A DNA stretch of 64,000 nucleotides, taken from positions 3,224,001-3,288,000 of the forward strand of contig JAYWIR010000002.1 of NCBI GenBank assembly GCA_036172245.1. Reading direction: 5' to 3'. Below are positions 1 to 13,321 of this stretch, in pieces (the first letter of the stretch is position 1; each line of letters opens with the position of its first letter). The position numbers and the translations under genes were made by a program. Under the pieces are notes generated by a model that made no database searches, was not told the origin of the DNA, and worked only from the letters and a program-made list of their open reading frames with translations. This DNA comes from Raillietiella orientalis. Taxonomy: Eukaryota.

Positions 1-720
1 CCTGCGTAGGAAGCCCTTTGACCACGAGACGGGTGAGGTCTAGGCGCACTAGGGACCAAGGAGTCCTTGGCAGGGAGCGGGGGTGGAACGAAGGGGTCAA
101 ACTGATGACGGACGGTGCGGCCGCCCGACTCCTCGACGTGGCTCCAGGGCGCCGCCCGCTGCCGTCCGCGCCGGCTGCCTCCTTCCGCTCCTGGTTCGCT
201 CGAGTCTACCCGGTAGCACGCTAGATCCTCAGCGGCGGGGGTCAGCGCCGCAGCCGGAAGAAAACCCGACAGCGTCGTCCGCTCTCTTGGAACTTCCGGA
301 GGGATGACTTCGCGCACGCAGCCTTTGGCCGGAAGCGCCTGTGCGGCAGGAAGTTCTAGAGGCAGAGCAGGAGCCGATCTCCGCTGGCCCTCACCCCAAT
401 CTACTTTCGTCCCGCCCCCACTCCCTCTTCAGGGGGAGAAAAAGGAGGGAGAGGCTGTTTGGGCTTCGACGTTTCACTCTGAGGGCACTGATTCTTCCGG
501 AAATGCAGCTGATCGCACGAAGAACAGAGGGACCCACGCGCGAGGGATTTCCCTGTCGGTCCCTCCTCCCGTCCGCTTCTCCGCCGTCGGAAATCCTTTC
601 TGCCCTTGCAGCATCTCCGTGAAGAAGCTCTCGGACAGTAAGAAGGAGGAAGCGGAAAGGTCAAGCCGAGCTGGAAGCGCAGCCTCCGGTAGAGGCATCT
701 GGACCGCGTCGCCGCCTTAC

Positions 721-921
721 GGATGACGTCCAGAAGGAGCTGTGCAGAGGCCGGTATGGTGTGGTTGTTGTTCCTCGCCTGGCACTCCAGCTGGGAGTCC
801 GCATCGGACCTCCTAAGGTGTGTGATGACCAGCTCGTTCTCCACGGAGTCCTCCGTCTCCGTGGAGCTGTCATCGATGAGCACCTGCGCCTTCCACCACG
901 TCAGCTGGGGAAGAGGGTTCC
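721..921 (-). CDS. Sidestep-like gene exon 5 (second Ig domain, C-terminal half)
   Basis: GNPLPQLTWWKAQVLIDDS...NELVITHLRRSDADSQLECQARNN...LLLDVI; acceptor ttgtctag, donor gtaagg. Confidence 0.88.
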
Positions 922-3900
922 CTAGACAAGAAAGAGAGTGGGGGAGAGTGGCTCAAAGGATCCCACCCGTCTCGCGTCGCCGGAGCGCATGCATGCCATG
1001 CTCCCCGCCACGGAGGAGGAAAAGGAAAGAGGCGACTACTCCTTGGGATGGAGGAGGCGAGTTCCGGGAAAGGAGGCGAATCTTCGCCGTTTCTTTCTTG
1101 TCCACCTTTCCACCTTCTGCGCGTCCCGTTCCTCCAGTGGGAGTGGGCCGTCGCCGCCCATTTAGAAGTCTTCTCCTCTTCCTCCCCCTTCCTCCTCCTT
1201 GGGAAGGGAACTCATCGAGGTCACATGCTGCACCGCTGCCAGCAGCCCCACTAAAGGTCGGGAGGTAGTCCATCTGCGAGGATAGGAGGCAAAAAATAGA
1301 TCTGAGAAGGAAGAGGCTGCGTGAGAGCAGTGAGAAGGATGGCAAGAGTTCCGAGTTTTCGTTTCCCTCCCAAAGGGGAAATCATCGGGAGCGATGGTCT
1401 CACCGATCACGAGGAAGAGCGACTTTCAATCCCGGACGGGGTTTGGCAGCCGCAGCCGTAATCTCTTTCAGGCGCTCCGGTCCCCAAGTTCTCCCTTGGG
1501 GAGCAGGAGAACGCCGCCTCTCGAATTTCTCCGTGCTCTCCTTCCTTGGCATCGTTGAAAGTTGCCATGGGGTTTCCTCCGCACTAAAGTCCTGTCAATC
1601 CTCCCCATAAGAGGAAGGCATCCCAGGAAGCCGGAGCGCTCCCAGCTCGACGGCAGCTGAGCACTTCCTCCTTCTTGCTCCATCCCCCAGGATTTTCGAG
1701 GGTTCAGAAGGAAGAGGGACTCGGTGCATCAAATATCCATCTTCAAGGAGTCCCTTAGTCTTTCTCAGGGAAACCAGGAGACAGCATGCAGGGAGAAGAG
1801 GTGCCCTTCGTCCCCATGCAGTCGATCAGTACGAGACACGCTGAGCCGCCGCCCATCCTCCCGAGGCAGACGTCAGCGATGAACCCTCGCGAGCGGCTCT
1901 TCCGCGCTTCCTCGACTGTCCAGAGAGGAGGCAGCACTCTGTGAGAGTGGAAGAGGATGCTCCAGGCCGTGCGGATGGTAATCTGGGAGGAAGTGAAGAA
2001 CCGCGAAGTCACACGCGATGGGGACCCTGAGGCTCTCGGCGCGAACTTCGGTCACCTTCAGGTCGTCGTCGGCCACTTCAAGAAGTCACTCTTCCCGCGC
2101 TCAGAGCTGCGCTCTTCGGACGGGGGGTTCTGCGGGTCGGGCGCGCGGCTCAAGAGCTCCGATCGTCTTCTCCCATGTGCGTGAGATAGAAAGGGCCAGG
2201 TCTACATCCCACCCCGGATGGAAAGGGGGAAGGAGGGAGAGTCCCTAGGAGGAGGAAGAGGAAAGGAAAGGGAACGGGAGAGAAAGAAGACTGAAAAGGA
2301 GAAAGGATACTTTCCGAGATTCAGGAGGAGCGCTTCTTTCATGCACCCGCTGGAAATGTGATCGGGGACTTTCGGGATGCTTTCGGGAATCTCTAAACTG
2401 GGAGACCATTCGAATGATTTCCTTCCGAGAGACGAACCAGAGGTTCCTGCAGCAGGTAGCGTGGACTCGGACCTAAAGGACGTCCGGAACGCTTAACGCT
2501 TACCGGCGTTCTATGCCGCCAGTAGTTTCCTTGACGACGGCAACCACCAGCAGAAGCTCGCCATAGACGTCGAATTCTCAGCCGGACGGAGGTTTCCGGT
2601 TCTATGCGAAAGGGGGAATTCTCCTCTCTTCAGACATCCCAGATTTCGCCGGCTGATCGGGGAAGTGAACCTTCCTACAGGAATTCCATTCCCAGATGAC
2701 CTTCCCCGCGGGCCATCCCCTCTTCTTATTTTCTGATGCTTGAGGAGGAGGACCGCGTCCCAACTCGCCATGTCGGGAAAAGAATGGACTTCTAGATAAC
2801 ACGGCACCAGGAAGGACAGGACCGAAGGAAGAAGGAAGACGAGGGCGAAGGTCTCCGGACACGGCATGCCTGGTTGAGAAACCGCAAGGATTGCGAACCC
2901 GAGGACCCGTGACCCACTTCCTCTTCCTTTGCGACAGCACGCTTCCCGGTTCTTGGGCTTCCCGGGAACTCATGCTTCGCGTCCTACGTTCCTCTGACTC
3001 TTCGGGCATGCTGGTATGAGCGGAAGGGCGAAGACCTCCTGACGGAGGCCGAGGGATGGCGAATACTCGCGGGAGGACCCATCTGCACTCGCGGCGGCGG
3101 TCCGGAGGTGCCTTTCTTCGTCGTTGGCGCCTTCGTTCCTTCTCGAAGGTGCCTGGAACGGGGCAACTCTTGGGACGGTCTTATAAGGCCGCGAGTCTCT
3201 GCTGCGCTCTGTCGGGCTGCAAGGGAAACTTCAAAGTGCAACGAGGTGCGCGTCTGCCCCCCATTGACAGCCTTCACAAAAGGGATGAGTGGGGGAGGGG
3301 GGGAAGGATCACTTACTCCTCCTCCTGCTAGCTGGAGATACAGAATGACCTTTGTAGCACTTCGGAAAGAGGAAGGAGAGCACGGAGAGGGCGCAATCGC
3401 CTGCAGGCGTTCGGATGGCGAGGGAGGCTTGCGAGAGCGGGACCTGACAAGCTTTCCCCGCTGGGGAAGGAAGAGAAAGAGAAACTTGCCCCTCGGTGGG
3501 GAACAACCCACCCTTGTCGAGGGTCCGACGGGAAAGGAATTTCTGCAGCCGCAGGTTTCGAAGAAGGAACAGAGGGACGAGAGGGTCGTGGAGGGACAAG
3601 GAGGCTGCGGGTCCGCTAACGCCACCCTCTTCGGCAGGCGCCGACAGGAGACTGCGGTAGCGCGCGGATGAGGGGGAGAACGCTGCACAGACGACACGCC
3701 CAACGCCTCTCAGGAGCTGCCTGCTCTCCAGAAAAATCGATCCTGGCCACTCCGCTCCCGGCTTTCGAGGGAGGATGAGGGTGGGCTACGATGCTCCACC
3801 CGCCACTTCCGTAATGCTCATGCGAAGTTAGGGATGTCCCCTTCGTTGCTCTCGCAGTTGATCCGACTTGATTCGGGGAACAGCCTCTTTCCAGACAGAG

Positions 3901-6900
3901 TCACGGCCTTCGTGTCTGCCCATCTCGGGAAGGAGCGTAGGGCCAAATCCGCGGTGAGAGGGTCCAGTATCCCCCCCCCTCTGGATGAGCAGCACCAACA
4001 GCAGCGACTCCGTCAGGAAGGGAAAGGAGGGAAGGGGACATATCTTGGATATGCGAAAAGGAGAAAGTTCTCTTTCCTCTCATGGACCTCCGCCACCTGG
4101 AAAGACCTTCCGAGGTTTCGGAATCCCTCAGGGCCCGTCTACCCCCCTGGATAGACCGGAGCCCCTGTCCCTATCTGCCCTGCATGCTCGCGCACGGAAT
4201 CGCTCGTGCTTCTGCGACCACGAGCTGCGCACGGGCATACCTGAATTAGTCCAGCACTTCAGGACGACGTGGTCATCTTCTCGATACGGTCCCGCCTTGT
4301 CCTTGACGACCTGCCCCTTGCCGTCGTATATTATGGGCGTCTTGGGAGGCACTGAAATGCGACCTATTTCGGAGCGTGTTCTTGCACAGGGATGGACGAG
4401 AGGCCGGTTTCCTGCGGGTCGGGTTGTGCTCCAGGGCGCGAGGCTGGGCGGTCGCCGCATGAGCCGGGAGCATGCGGCAGATCGCCTCCCAAGCGCTTCC
4501 AGGTGGGAACCCCCCTCCATGCCAAACGGGCGCACGGGCGATGGTTCCTTCGGCAGTGCCTACCGCAGTCTCCAGCCGCAGGCTAGAAAGGAGGGAGCCA
4601 CATCCACCCTTCCTCCTCCGCACCCGCTTCCCACATTTCCAAGGCTGATAGCGCAAAGCAGCCTCCCTCTTCACCCCTCTCCACGGAAGCCTCTCAGTCC
4701 ACGTCCATTTGTTTGCTCGTTCAGCCAAGGCAAGAAGATCAGGGATTTCAGGGATGAAAACAGCAAGAAGCAGAAGATGATGACTAGTAATAAGTAGCAG
4801 CAGAAAAAGATGCAGAGGAAGCAGAAGCAAAAGTTCATCCGATTAATCTCTGCAACCGAGAAAGCTACGACGCGAAGTCCCGGAAAACGGGGGCTCTTCC
4901 GGAAACCCTCACGGACAGGGAGGGATTGTGCGCTCTGCAAGAACGAGCGAAGGAGTCCTTCAGAGGGCACGGCGGGCTACACGAGCGCCTCTCTGGGTCG
5001 GCGATCACCCCCTGCAGGGCTTTGGAGTTCCGTAGGGAGCGCAAGGCAGCAGAGGCGATTCCAGCTCTGTCCCGAGGGACTTCCTTCCGGCGCCCCTTCC
5101 TGGGCTCAAGCACTCTTCCTTTCTCAACGCTGCCCTCCCTACACCGTTTCGCCTCTGTCTGGGACTTCCTCAGCTAATGCCCTTCTGATGAGCGAGGAAT
5201 GGGGCCCCGTGGGAAGATCGCTCCCAAAGCCGAGTAACCTCTTTCCGCGACCGGGAACGCCTGCCCGCGACCCACGGGGGAGGACCGCATCGAGGAGGAA
5301 CGGTGCTATGATCCTCCGACTCCAGGATTCTTCGCCGCGCCCTTCTGTGGATCCAGGCTGTGTTTTCACAGGAGTGACACTGATTCACCCCGACCCCGCC
5401 TTATCCTGATCCGTCGTGTCTTCGAGGAGTCGGAGTCGGGCGAGGTGGGGGGGGGGGGGATGACACCCTCCGCCGTGTCGACGCGCACGCGGAACTGGAA
5501 AACGTGCCGCAGTCCTTCGCTCCCCGCATCTTCCCGCTGTGCTTGTCTCACCCTCTCCTCCCGGCTCGCAGCTGCTCCTTCCTACTTCGAGGCGGAGGTG
5601 CTTTCGCCGGACACTCTCTTTTTGTCCCGAGGCGCAGGAGAGCCAGGACCGAAGCTAGGGCTTCCCCGGAGGCACGACGCTGTCCTCAGTGGGGTCGAAT
5701 TGGCCCCGGAGTGGCTCCTGTGGACCCTCGGAGAATGATCAGGGTCCCTCTCGATGCTCCACTGCGTTGGGAAGGAGGAGGGAGGGGAGGAGACCGGGAA
5801 GAACTCCTTACTGACTTCGCGAACTCCTTACTGCAGCGGCAGCGAGTTATCCGTTCGGGCGAGTTCCCACGGCAACGGTTCGAGCCCAGAAGCAGGCGGC
5901 CCTTGCTATCTCCAACGCTATTTCTCCTCCCCCTCTACTCCCTTCCCTTCCCATTCTTTGTCTTTTTTAATTCCAAGCAGAAGGGATCTCGGGAGGCGGA
6001 GCGGCGTCTGCCTCGGTTGGTTCTTCCAGCCTCCCCCGTTTCAAAAGCGCCGACCCCAAGGGAGCTCTCCAGTCGGTCGCGAAGCTCCGTTTCGCCTCCT
6101 TCCTTGATTTCTTCCTTTCACTTCCCCCTTCTCTTCCCTCATCCAGAATGATTTTTTTTTTCCTTCCAGATGGTTTCAGAGAGGGAGAGGGGTTCCTGCG
6201 TTCCCACACGCTCAGGAAGGGGACAGGAAGGGTGGCGGCCTCGCAGACGGGGAGGTTGCTCGCGATGGACCCGCACACCTGTGCAGGAAACTTCCCTCCC
6301 CCCCTTTCCTTCCCGTCTCTCACCCCCCATTCACGCTCAGACGCCCCGGAAGATCCAATTCACCCGATTCGCAGCCACCTCCTCTGTGTCCCTCACCACC
6401 CACCCCCCACCCCATTGGCACTTCGAAGGTGAAAGATCGACTGTTTCTCGGAAGTGGACTCGCCCGGGGTCCGCGCTCTCGAGGAGCGAGGAAAGGTCTG
6501 ATTCCCCCGTGATTCTCGCCGGCAGGCATTGGGTCCGCTCCCAGGACCCCCAGAGCCCTCCAGGAAGCCCTGAAGGACCCTTCCGGTCGATGCCCTCCTT
6601 CGTTTTCACCCCCGTTTGCCGTGCGGTTGTCGACGGGACTTTTTCGAGAAGCAGAGGGCCAGAGGGAGGAACGATGGAGAGGAGTGGACGCCGGGACGCG
6701 CCTTCTTTCCCCGTCGGCCAGCAGCTTGAGTGACGTGACCCCTGCTCCCCGTCTCTCCCTCGTCGTTCGACCCCCCCTACCCGGCTCACCACCACCTCCC
6801 TCCCACGCCCCTCATCCTCTCCACGCCGTCCTCGCTTTCCCTGGCGGCGAGGAGGAAGCTGCGACGGCGTGTGGGATTCCTCGCAGGGCGAGGGGATGTC

Positions 6901-9900
6901 GCTCCCTTCTCTTTCTCCCCGTGCGACCCGATTCGCTCCTGAGTGGGGCGGCCAGAGCGTGCCGACTCCTCCCCCCTTCCTTCCCCGGGATGGGAGCTCC
7001 CACTAATTTGTGGGTCGGCGGCCTGGCGGCAGCTCCCGTACTTCGAGGGTTGCTCGCGGACGCCGCCTCTGGCGGTCCAGTGCTGCTTACCTATCACGAA
7101 GAGGGTGATCTTCGAGAACTGAGTAGGGGAGTGCAAGAAATCGACCCGACACAGATAGATTCCTTCGTCTGTTATCTGGCTGTTGGTGATGACCAATCTG
7201 GAAGGGTTTCTGTACTCCAAAACAAAGGAGCTCCTCACTTGTGGGGAGCCGGGCAGTTGTCTCTGGGAGGTCCTCCAGAGACTGGAGTTCCTAGCGTCGA
7301 ACCTTGAAGGAAAACAAGGAGAGCGCTCTGCTTCCTGGCAGGGACACCCCGTGGCCGGGACGCGAGGGGGAGGTGTCCCTGCCGGACCGTTGAGGCCGTG
7401 CCGCGGCCCGAAGGGGAGGAACGCCGCTTCGGGGACAGGCGGTCCGGCCGCGGGGCAGGAAAGTGCATGCGCTGGAAATGGCCCTCCGTCTCAGGCCCCG
7501 TCCAGCCTGTCCCTCTTCCCGGAAGTTCCGGGTCGCCCAGAAATTTCCATCTCAGGAGGCGTCCCCGGACCCCTCGATCTGCCGGAAGAGACGACGAGGT
7601 GAAGAAGATGGCCGGAAGGAGCTGAGCATGGGAGGAGGAGGAGAGGGAGGTGCCCCACGCGCACCGAAAGGTGTCCGCCCCCACTCGAGGGGGCGAGACA
7701 GCAGGCATGGCTGACGAAAGGCTGGGGATGAGGAGCGGCCGGGTCGCTGCGGCTCCTGCTAAAGCTCCCAAGGGCATCGCACCGCTTCCCCGCCGCCGCT
7801 TGCGCACTCGAGACCTGGAGCTGGGAACGGAAGTCCGAGGAGCCGTAGTGGCGGGAGTGAAGAGCGAGGACTCCCTCGTGGAGGGCTAGAGGCAGCGTCG
7901 TGGAAACCGGAAGCGAAGGCAGGGTGGGCGGGGGAGGAAGCTACCAAGGCTCCCGTCTTTCCTTTTTCCGTTCTCCTTGCAAGAAAAGAAAGGAAAAGAG
8001 TCATCCCTCTTCCCCCACGCTTCTTGCTGCCTGTGGCACTCTCCTTGGTCTTGGAGGTCATAGAAGGAAGACTTCCCGCCTCGCCCTGAGACGCTCGCGG
8101 GTGGACGGCAGGCGAAGCATTACATGGGATCCTCATCTGAGCGCGCCCACTGTCCTCGACAGTGGTAGGGGTGCAAGGGAGCTCTCCTGCTCTTCATCCT
8201 CGTCCTTACACTCTCCAAGAAAGGGGCCGAGGACGAAGCGCATCACGAGACTGCAGTCGGAGGAGCAAAGTAGAGGAGAAGGGAAAGGAGAAGAAGGGAG
8301 GAAGAGGGAGAGGAAAAGAGGAAGAGAAGGGGAGGGAGGAAAAGAGGAGGAGGAGGAAGAAAGAAAGACTGCAGTCTCAGTCTGACGGATCGAAGGCATT
8401 GCAGAGAGGGGACGGCGATGGTCTATCCTCGTTCCTATGGCTCCTTTTCCGTGCATCGATCGTACGGTCTGGAGTAAGCAGCGAGAACAGAAAGGTTCTG
8501 AGCAGATCCTCCTCTTCGGTAGCTTCCCTGCCCTTTGCGATCGATCGCCGGTAACGTCCCCAGCTCGGTGAATAAGAGGGAAAGAGCGGAAGAGAGTTTG
8601 TTTCTTCTTCGCGCCACATGCCCACTTCTCCCTCCCTCATGAGAGGTCGTCCCCAGCGAGAAAGAGGGAGAGCCTCCCTCTTCCCCGGAGTCATCGACAA
8701 GGGGGATCGCTCCGAGCGCATCATCTCTCCACTCCAGATGGAAAAACCCACCTGTAGATGGGAGTTCCCGAGTCCTTCTTGTACCACAGGACCAAGAGGA
8801 CGGGGTCCTTCCTCATGGGTGCAGACGTGTCGCAGGGCAGCTCGACGTTGCTTCCAGTCACCGTAGTGAGAGAGGTGGTCATGACAGCTGCATGGAAACA
8901 CTGCGTTAAAAAAGTCTCTGGAGGCGCACCAACGCGCCCCGCTAGGGTCGAGGAGTGTCGCGCGCCGGAAGAGTCGCTCCACCACCTGCTGACGACCAAA
9001 GGCGGAGCGACCTCTATTTTTTCTTTTTCTTGCTCTCAGAGAAAGGATCAGAAACACCAGTGAGCCGACTGGTTTTGATCGGACAGAGGGCTTACGGGTG
9101 AGAGAGGGACTGCACAAGAAGGGGTTTGACCCTCCAGTGCCTGACCACCTCCATGGAGACCGTATGATTCCGCTCATCAGGGCACTCCCCCCCCCCACAC
9201 GTCAGCATCCGTCAGATCTCCCTGCCGAGCCTCGTCGCCTCTCGGAGGATACGTTCCTCGCCTCCCCTCTATTCGTTTTCGCCCCCAAACTTTTTTCGAG
9301 TGCCACAACTTCAACAGCTTCCCGCCGCTCTCTTCCCGAATCCGGAAAGTCAGGAGCGGTCCCACTCAGCATTTATCGAGTTACTCCAGGCTTGGAGCTG
9401 ACGGCGTGCTTCTGCTTCTCCCGGGACCGCGGAAGCTCCCCATGTTCCCGCGCGCGCTCCCTCGGGATCATTGTTTTGGAGCCCTGCTTGGCCCCTGGAA
9501 ACCGGAATGTCCATCCCTCCTTTCCTCTTTACGGAAGACAAGGGGTGACTTCATCTCTTCTTCAAACTGTGAGACCCGCCTCGGGTCTCAGACCCTGGCT
9601 CCCTCTTTCAACAAAGATTCCTCCTCCACCCTTCCTTCTCTTCCTCCCTTCCTTCTCTTCTCCCTCTCCTCCCTCTCTTCTCCGCCTTTCCTCCTCCTCC
9701 TCCTCCTCTCCTTTCCCTTCTTCTCCTCTGCTTTGCTCCTCTGACTGCAGTCTCGTGATTTCGGCTCATCTAGCTAATTAATCTTCTCTCCGGCTCCTTT
9801 TTTTGTTTCCCGGCTCTTATCGGATCACTCGATGCGCGCTTCCACAGAAATGCGCAGCTTCCAAGATCGTTAACCCTCTCTCCGGAGCCTTGGGATCTTT

Positions 9901-12900
9901 TCCTTCCTTTCTACTTCATCCGGAGGTCCAGTTCTTCGACATCTAGATGGAACTCAGCCCAGTCTTCCTTCTGCCTCCTTCAAACCGGACGCGTACGGAG
10001 AGTCCGCCTTCCTTAAAGCTCTCCGGTCGTCCCAGACGAAGGGCGAATTTTCCCGGAGCGTCTGATGGTTGGGAATTCTCCTCTGGCTGTTGTTTTTCGA
10101 GAAAGGAGGAGGAGAAGTAAAGAATGTCCCCTCCTTCGAGCCCCTCTCCGGGAGAACGAGTGGAAACTAACGAAGAATTGATCGGCCCAGCAACGCCGCT
10201 GGGTCTTTTCAGAAACCCCGAAGCTGTCCCTCTTCCACGAACCTGAAGGCCGATGCTGAGAGCGCAGAGGAGCTCGAAGAGCAACAACGGAGGGAGGGGG
10301 GGGGGGGACGATGAAGAGGAGGGAATACAAAGGTGCCCTTGAAGCCAGGTCAGGCGCAAGAAAGTGAAACCTTTCAAAGGTTAGGGAACAAGACGGCAGG
10401 GACGCTTCCCCCGGGCCTCAGATCCAGAAACGACATCCCTCTGCAGAAGAACTGGGGAAAGGATCGCCCAGGCTTCCTCGCCAGCATCCCCTATGGAGGC
10501 AGCGGCGCTAGGGATACTTCGCAGCTCCCAGAGGATGACGCACCTACCTTGGTCATGTGCAGATGCGTCTCAGGGTCTACGGTGATTCTTTGTTCCCTAG
10601 AGAGCGAAGCGCCCCAGAGATTCCCCTCCCCTCTCCCCCCCCCCTCGCGTCCACGGATAACAACAGGACTATTTTCAGTTTTTCACATCTCCCTCCCCCA
10701 TAGGCGGCTGCGGACCGATCTCGTGCGGTTCCCCGATGCGATCGCTCGCATTCAGTTGCTGGTCAACGGGTATCTCTCAAAGTGGACGGTTAGAGGCTTC
10801 TTTCGAACAAAAATGAAAAAAAAAAAAAGACTGACCTTTGGACCAGTGCTCCTTTCTCGCCTCCCGGAGGACGCAGACTCCCGACGCTTTCCTACCTCCC
10901 GGCGCGAGGGAGGGTGGAGCTGCTCCCTGTGCGAACTTTCTGGTGGCGACCGGCCGGGACTGCCGGTTCTGCGGCCCCGTCGCGCTGGGTTACGCAGGCT
11001 CCCGGATCGCGCGTGCGAGCGTGCAGGAGCGGCATGAGGGGGGAGGGGAGAAGGCGGTGGACCTCCCGTGTTTCCCTTTCTCTTCCCGCCTTGGCTCTTC
11101 GACGCGCACTTCTCGGGAAAATGGGAACGCGCGGGTGGAGGGTAAGCCCTCCGGTTCGAGTCCCACGCGGCGGCGGGTGAGAGGACCCGTCCGAGCCTCC
11201 ACCGTCCTTCACGAGGCCCTGTGGGGGGTGCGCCCCCCATTCCTCCCGGAAGCCGCCGTCACCACCGATTGGACGGGACCGCGCGACCCTCCCAAGGGAG
11301 AGGCGCCTATCCGGTATGGCGACCATCCCGTGGAGGTTCAGGCTAGAGCGCTGCGGTGTCTGCCTCCGGCGGAAGACGCATTCCCGTCAGGTGGCGCGCG
11401 GCCGCGCTTTCCCTTTTTTTTGGGGGGGGGGAGGGAGGGAGGGGGGTTCCTCTGCTGCCCCATTTCGGGTTCTCATTACCGACAGTACGCTCAAAAAAAA
11501 AAAAAAAAAAAATAGCTACTGCTCGTGAAAGGGACGGCGACGCGAAAGAGGAGTTCACGCTCTCCCTTTTCCTCCGGAAACACCGAATCCGCATCCCTTC
11601 CAGGTTTCGAGATCGAGGGGAGGGAGGTGGCACGATCTCGAAAGTCGGGTCTGCTGCGGTGCAAATCGACCGCGAAGCCTCCAGGAGGAACGGCGGGAAA
11701 AGAGTGGGAACTCTTGGAATTGAGAGCGTCTCCGTCGGGACTTCGAGAGGCATCTGCTCGTGACGGAGGCGCTCTGGTGACTTGAAGGCCGAATCCTCGC
11801 CCAATCCTGGCTCCGGTTCCGTTCTTCGGCGGCCGGGAAGAGTTCCAGCTCGCTCTCGGTCGGTCAGGAAGACGCATTCCCCTCCCCCCTCGCCCCCCAT
11901 ACTGGATGAAATTTATTGCGGAAAGTCTCGAAAGAATTGATCTTCCATCCAGCAGCAGCTTCCACAACACTTCTTCCCCCCCCCCCCCTCCTCCCCTCCC
12001 TCGACACTACATCTCGCGACTGGCCCAAGAGTCGCTCAGTCCTGTTCAATCGGTGGTGACGGCGGCTTCCGGGAGGAAGGGGGGGCGCACCCCCCACAGG
12101 GCCTCGTGAAGGACGGTGGAGGCTCGGACGGGTCCTCTCACCCGCCGCCGCGTGGGACTCGAACCGGAGGGCTTACCCTCCACCCGCGCGTTCCCATTTT
12201 CCCGAGAAGTGCGCGTCGAAGAGCCAAGGCGGGAAGAGAAAGGGAAACACGGGAGGTCCACCGCCTTCTCCCCTCCCCCCTCATGCCGCTCCTGCACGCT
12301 CGCACGCGCGATCCGGGAGCCTGCGTAACCCAGCGCGACGGGGCCGCAGAACCGGCAGTCCCGGCCGGTCGCCACCAGAAAGTTCGCACAGGGAGCAGCT
12401 CCACCCTCCCTCGCGCCGGGAGGTAGGAAAGCGTCGGGAGTCTGCATCCTCCGGGAGGCGGGAAAGGAGCATTCGTCACCTCCTGATTGACGGCTCCCAG
12501 CACGCCATCCGGGCAAACGGGTGCAGCTGCCCACATCGACTTACCCCCCCATCTCCACCCACCCACTTCACTCTGCTTCGAAACTTCCCTCCCGAGTCAG
12601 GCAGCCGTTCCTGCCTACCGGTTCTGGAACCGCCGGGAGTTTCTCCAAGGGTGTCTTCCGCCTCCCCGGGCGTTTGCAGGGGCACTGCCTTCGGGGGAGG
12701 CATCGAGAAGGACGAATGACACCAAAGACCAGCGAGCAAGCCACGCGAGCGTCACCGGCGCGCCTCGGGTCGTCGTCGTCGGCCCCCGCCCGGCGCGGAT
12801 GAATGCCCGGTGGGATGTTTGCATCCCTGGAGAAAGTCCCACCCCCCTCCACGCACCCAGGGCGGTGCGTGCCTCCGCGATTCCCGATCGGATGGAGGCA

Positions 12901-13321
12901 CGCGACCTTGGTGACCGATCCGGCTCCCCCACGAAGGCGGGCGTGTCGGAACGGAAGCTGCCGGAACCAGGAAGGCCGTCGCGGCAGGGACACGTGGGGT
13001 CGCCGGCACGCCTCAGGCGCGGAGCCCCAAGAAGCACGTAGCTTTGGGGGTGGGGAAAAGGGAAGAGGAATTGGGCGATGGCGGTGGGGAGGGAAGGGGC
13101 TCCTAAGGAACGCTGGAAATCTCCCGACCCATCTCGCAGGGAATCGTCTAGAGCCTGCGAGGTGGGTCAGGAAGCTTCCTGGGACAGTGGAGCTCCCGGA
13201 AGCAGGCAGAGACCCCACGCGGACACACACACACACACAAACACTTACGCAACACATCGTTGCCTATCTGGCACGTGCAAGAGTGCAGCAGCAGCAGCAA
13301 CGCAGGTGCTCCTGTCAGCAT
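721..13321 (-). CDS. Sidestep/nephrin-like immunoglobulin-superfamily cell-surface protein, 5' part (spliced; continues beyond the left edge)
   Basis: Phase-compatible GT-AG exons 13249-13321 (signal peptide), 8752-8887, 7091-7302, 4241-4351 and 721-921. They join into signal peptide + V-set Ig (VELPC...LVLWYK...PIYR/FDAR...DEGIYLCRVDF) + second Ig (VPP...GPYRE...LKC...GGNPLPQLTWW...LECQARNN), the N-terminal pattern of arthropod Sidestep proteins. Confidence 0.85.
1690..2180 (+). mobile_element. Decayed LINE ORF2 C-terminal remnant
   Basis: Fragments such as RCPSSPC...DTL and LQAVRMVIWEEVKNR loosely resemble the C-terminal zinc-finger/tail of the intact ORF2. Confidence 0.3.
2480..3300 (+). 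mobile_element. Decayed LINE reverse-transcriptase remnant
   Basis: LPAFYAAS ~ LPESFYES; SLCCALSGCKGNFKVQRGAR ~ QYCRIKINGQETAAIRMERGVRQG of the intact ORF2. Many frameshifts. Confidence 0.45.
4241..4351 (-). CDS. Sidestep-like gene exon 4
   Basis: VPPKTPIIYDGKGQVVKDKAGPYREDDHVVLKCWTNS; acceptor catttcag, donor gtatgc. Confidence 0.88.
7091..7302 (-). CDS. Sidestep-like gene exon 3 (V-set Ig, C-terminal half)
   Basis: FDARNSS...RLVITNSQITDEGIYLCRVDFLHSPTQFSKITLFVI; acceptor ccttcaag, donor gtaagc. Confidence 0.9.
8243..9758. repeat. Inverted pair of GA-rich repeats (arms ~8243-8380 and ~9620-9758)
   Basis: atcacgagactgcagtcggaggagcaaagtagaggagaag on + at ~8242 matches the reverse complement of ~9720-9759, and both continue into GA/CT tracts. 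Confidence 0.75.
8752..8887 (-). CDS. Sidestep-like gene exon 2 (V-set Ig, N-terminal half)
   Basis: VMTTSLTTVTGSNVELPCDTSAPMRKDPVLLVLWYKKDSGTPIYR; acceptor ccatgcag, donor gtgggt. Confidence 0.9.
10847..12471. repeat. Near-perfect inverted duplication, arms ~10847-11270 and ~12047-12471
   Basis: Direct reverse-complement match. The ORF track gives identical peptides on opposite strands (e.g. 10990-11202 minus and 12116-12328 plus). Confidence 0.95.
13249..13321 (-). CDS. Sidestep-like gene putative exon 1 (signal peptide)
   Basis: MLTGAPALLLLLHSCTCQIGNDVL followed by a strong gtaagt donor. Phase 1 joins exon 2 to give ...NDVLPVMTT. An alternative in-frame ATG lies at 13348. Confidence 0.6.
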
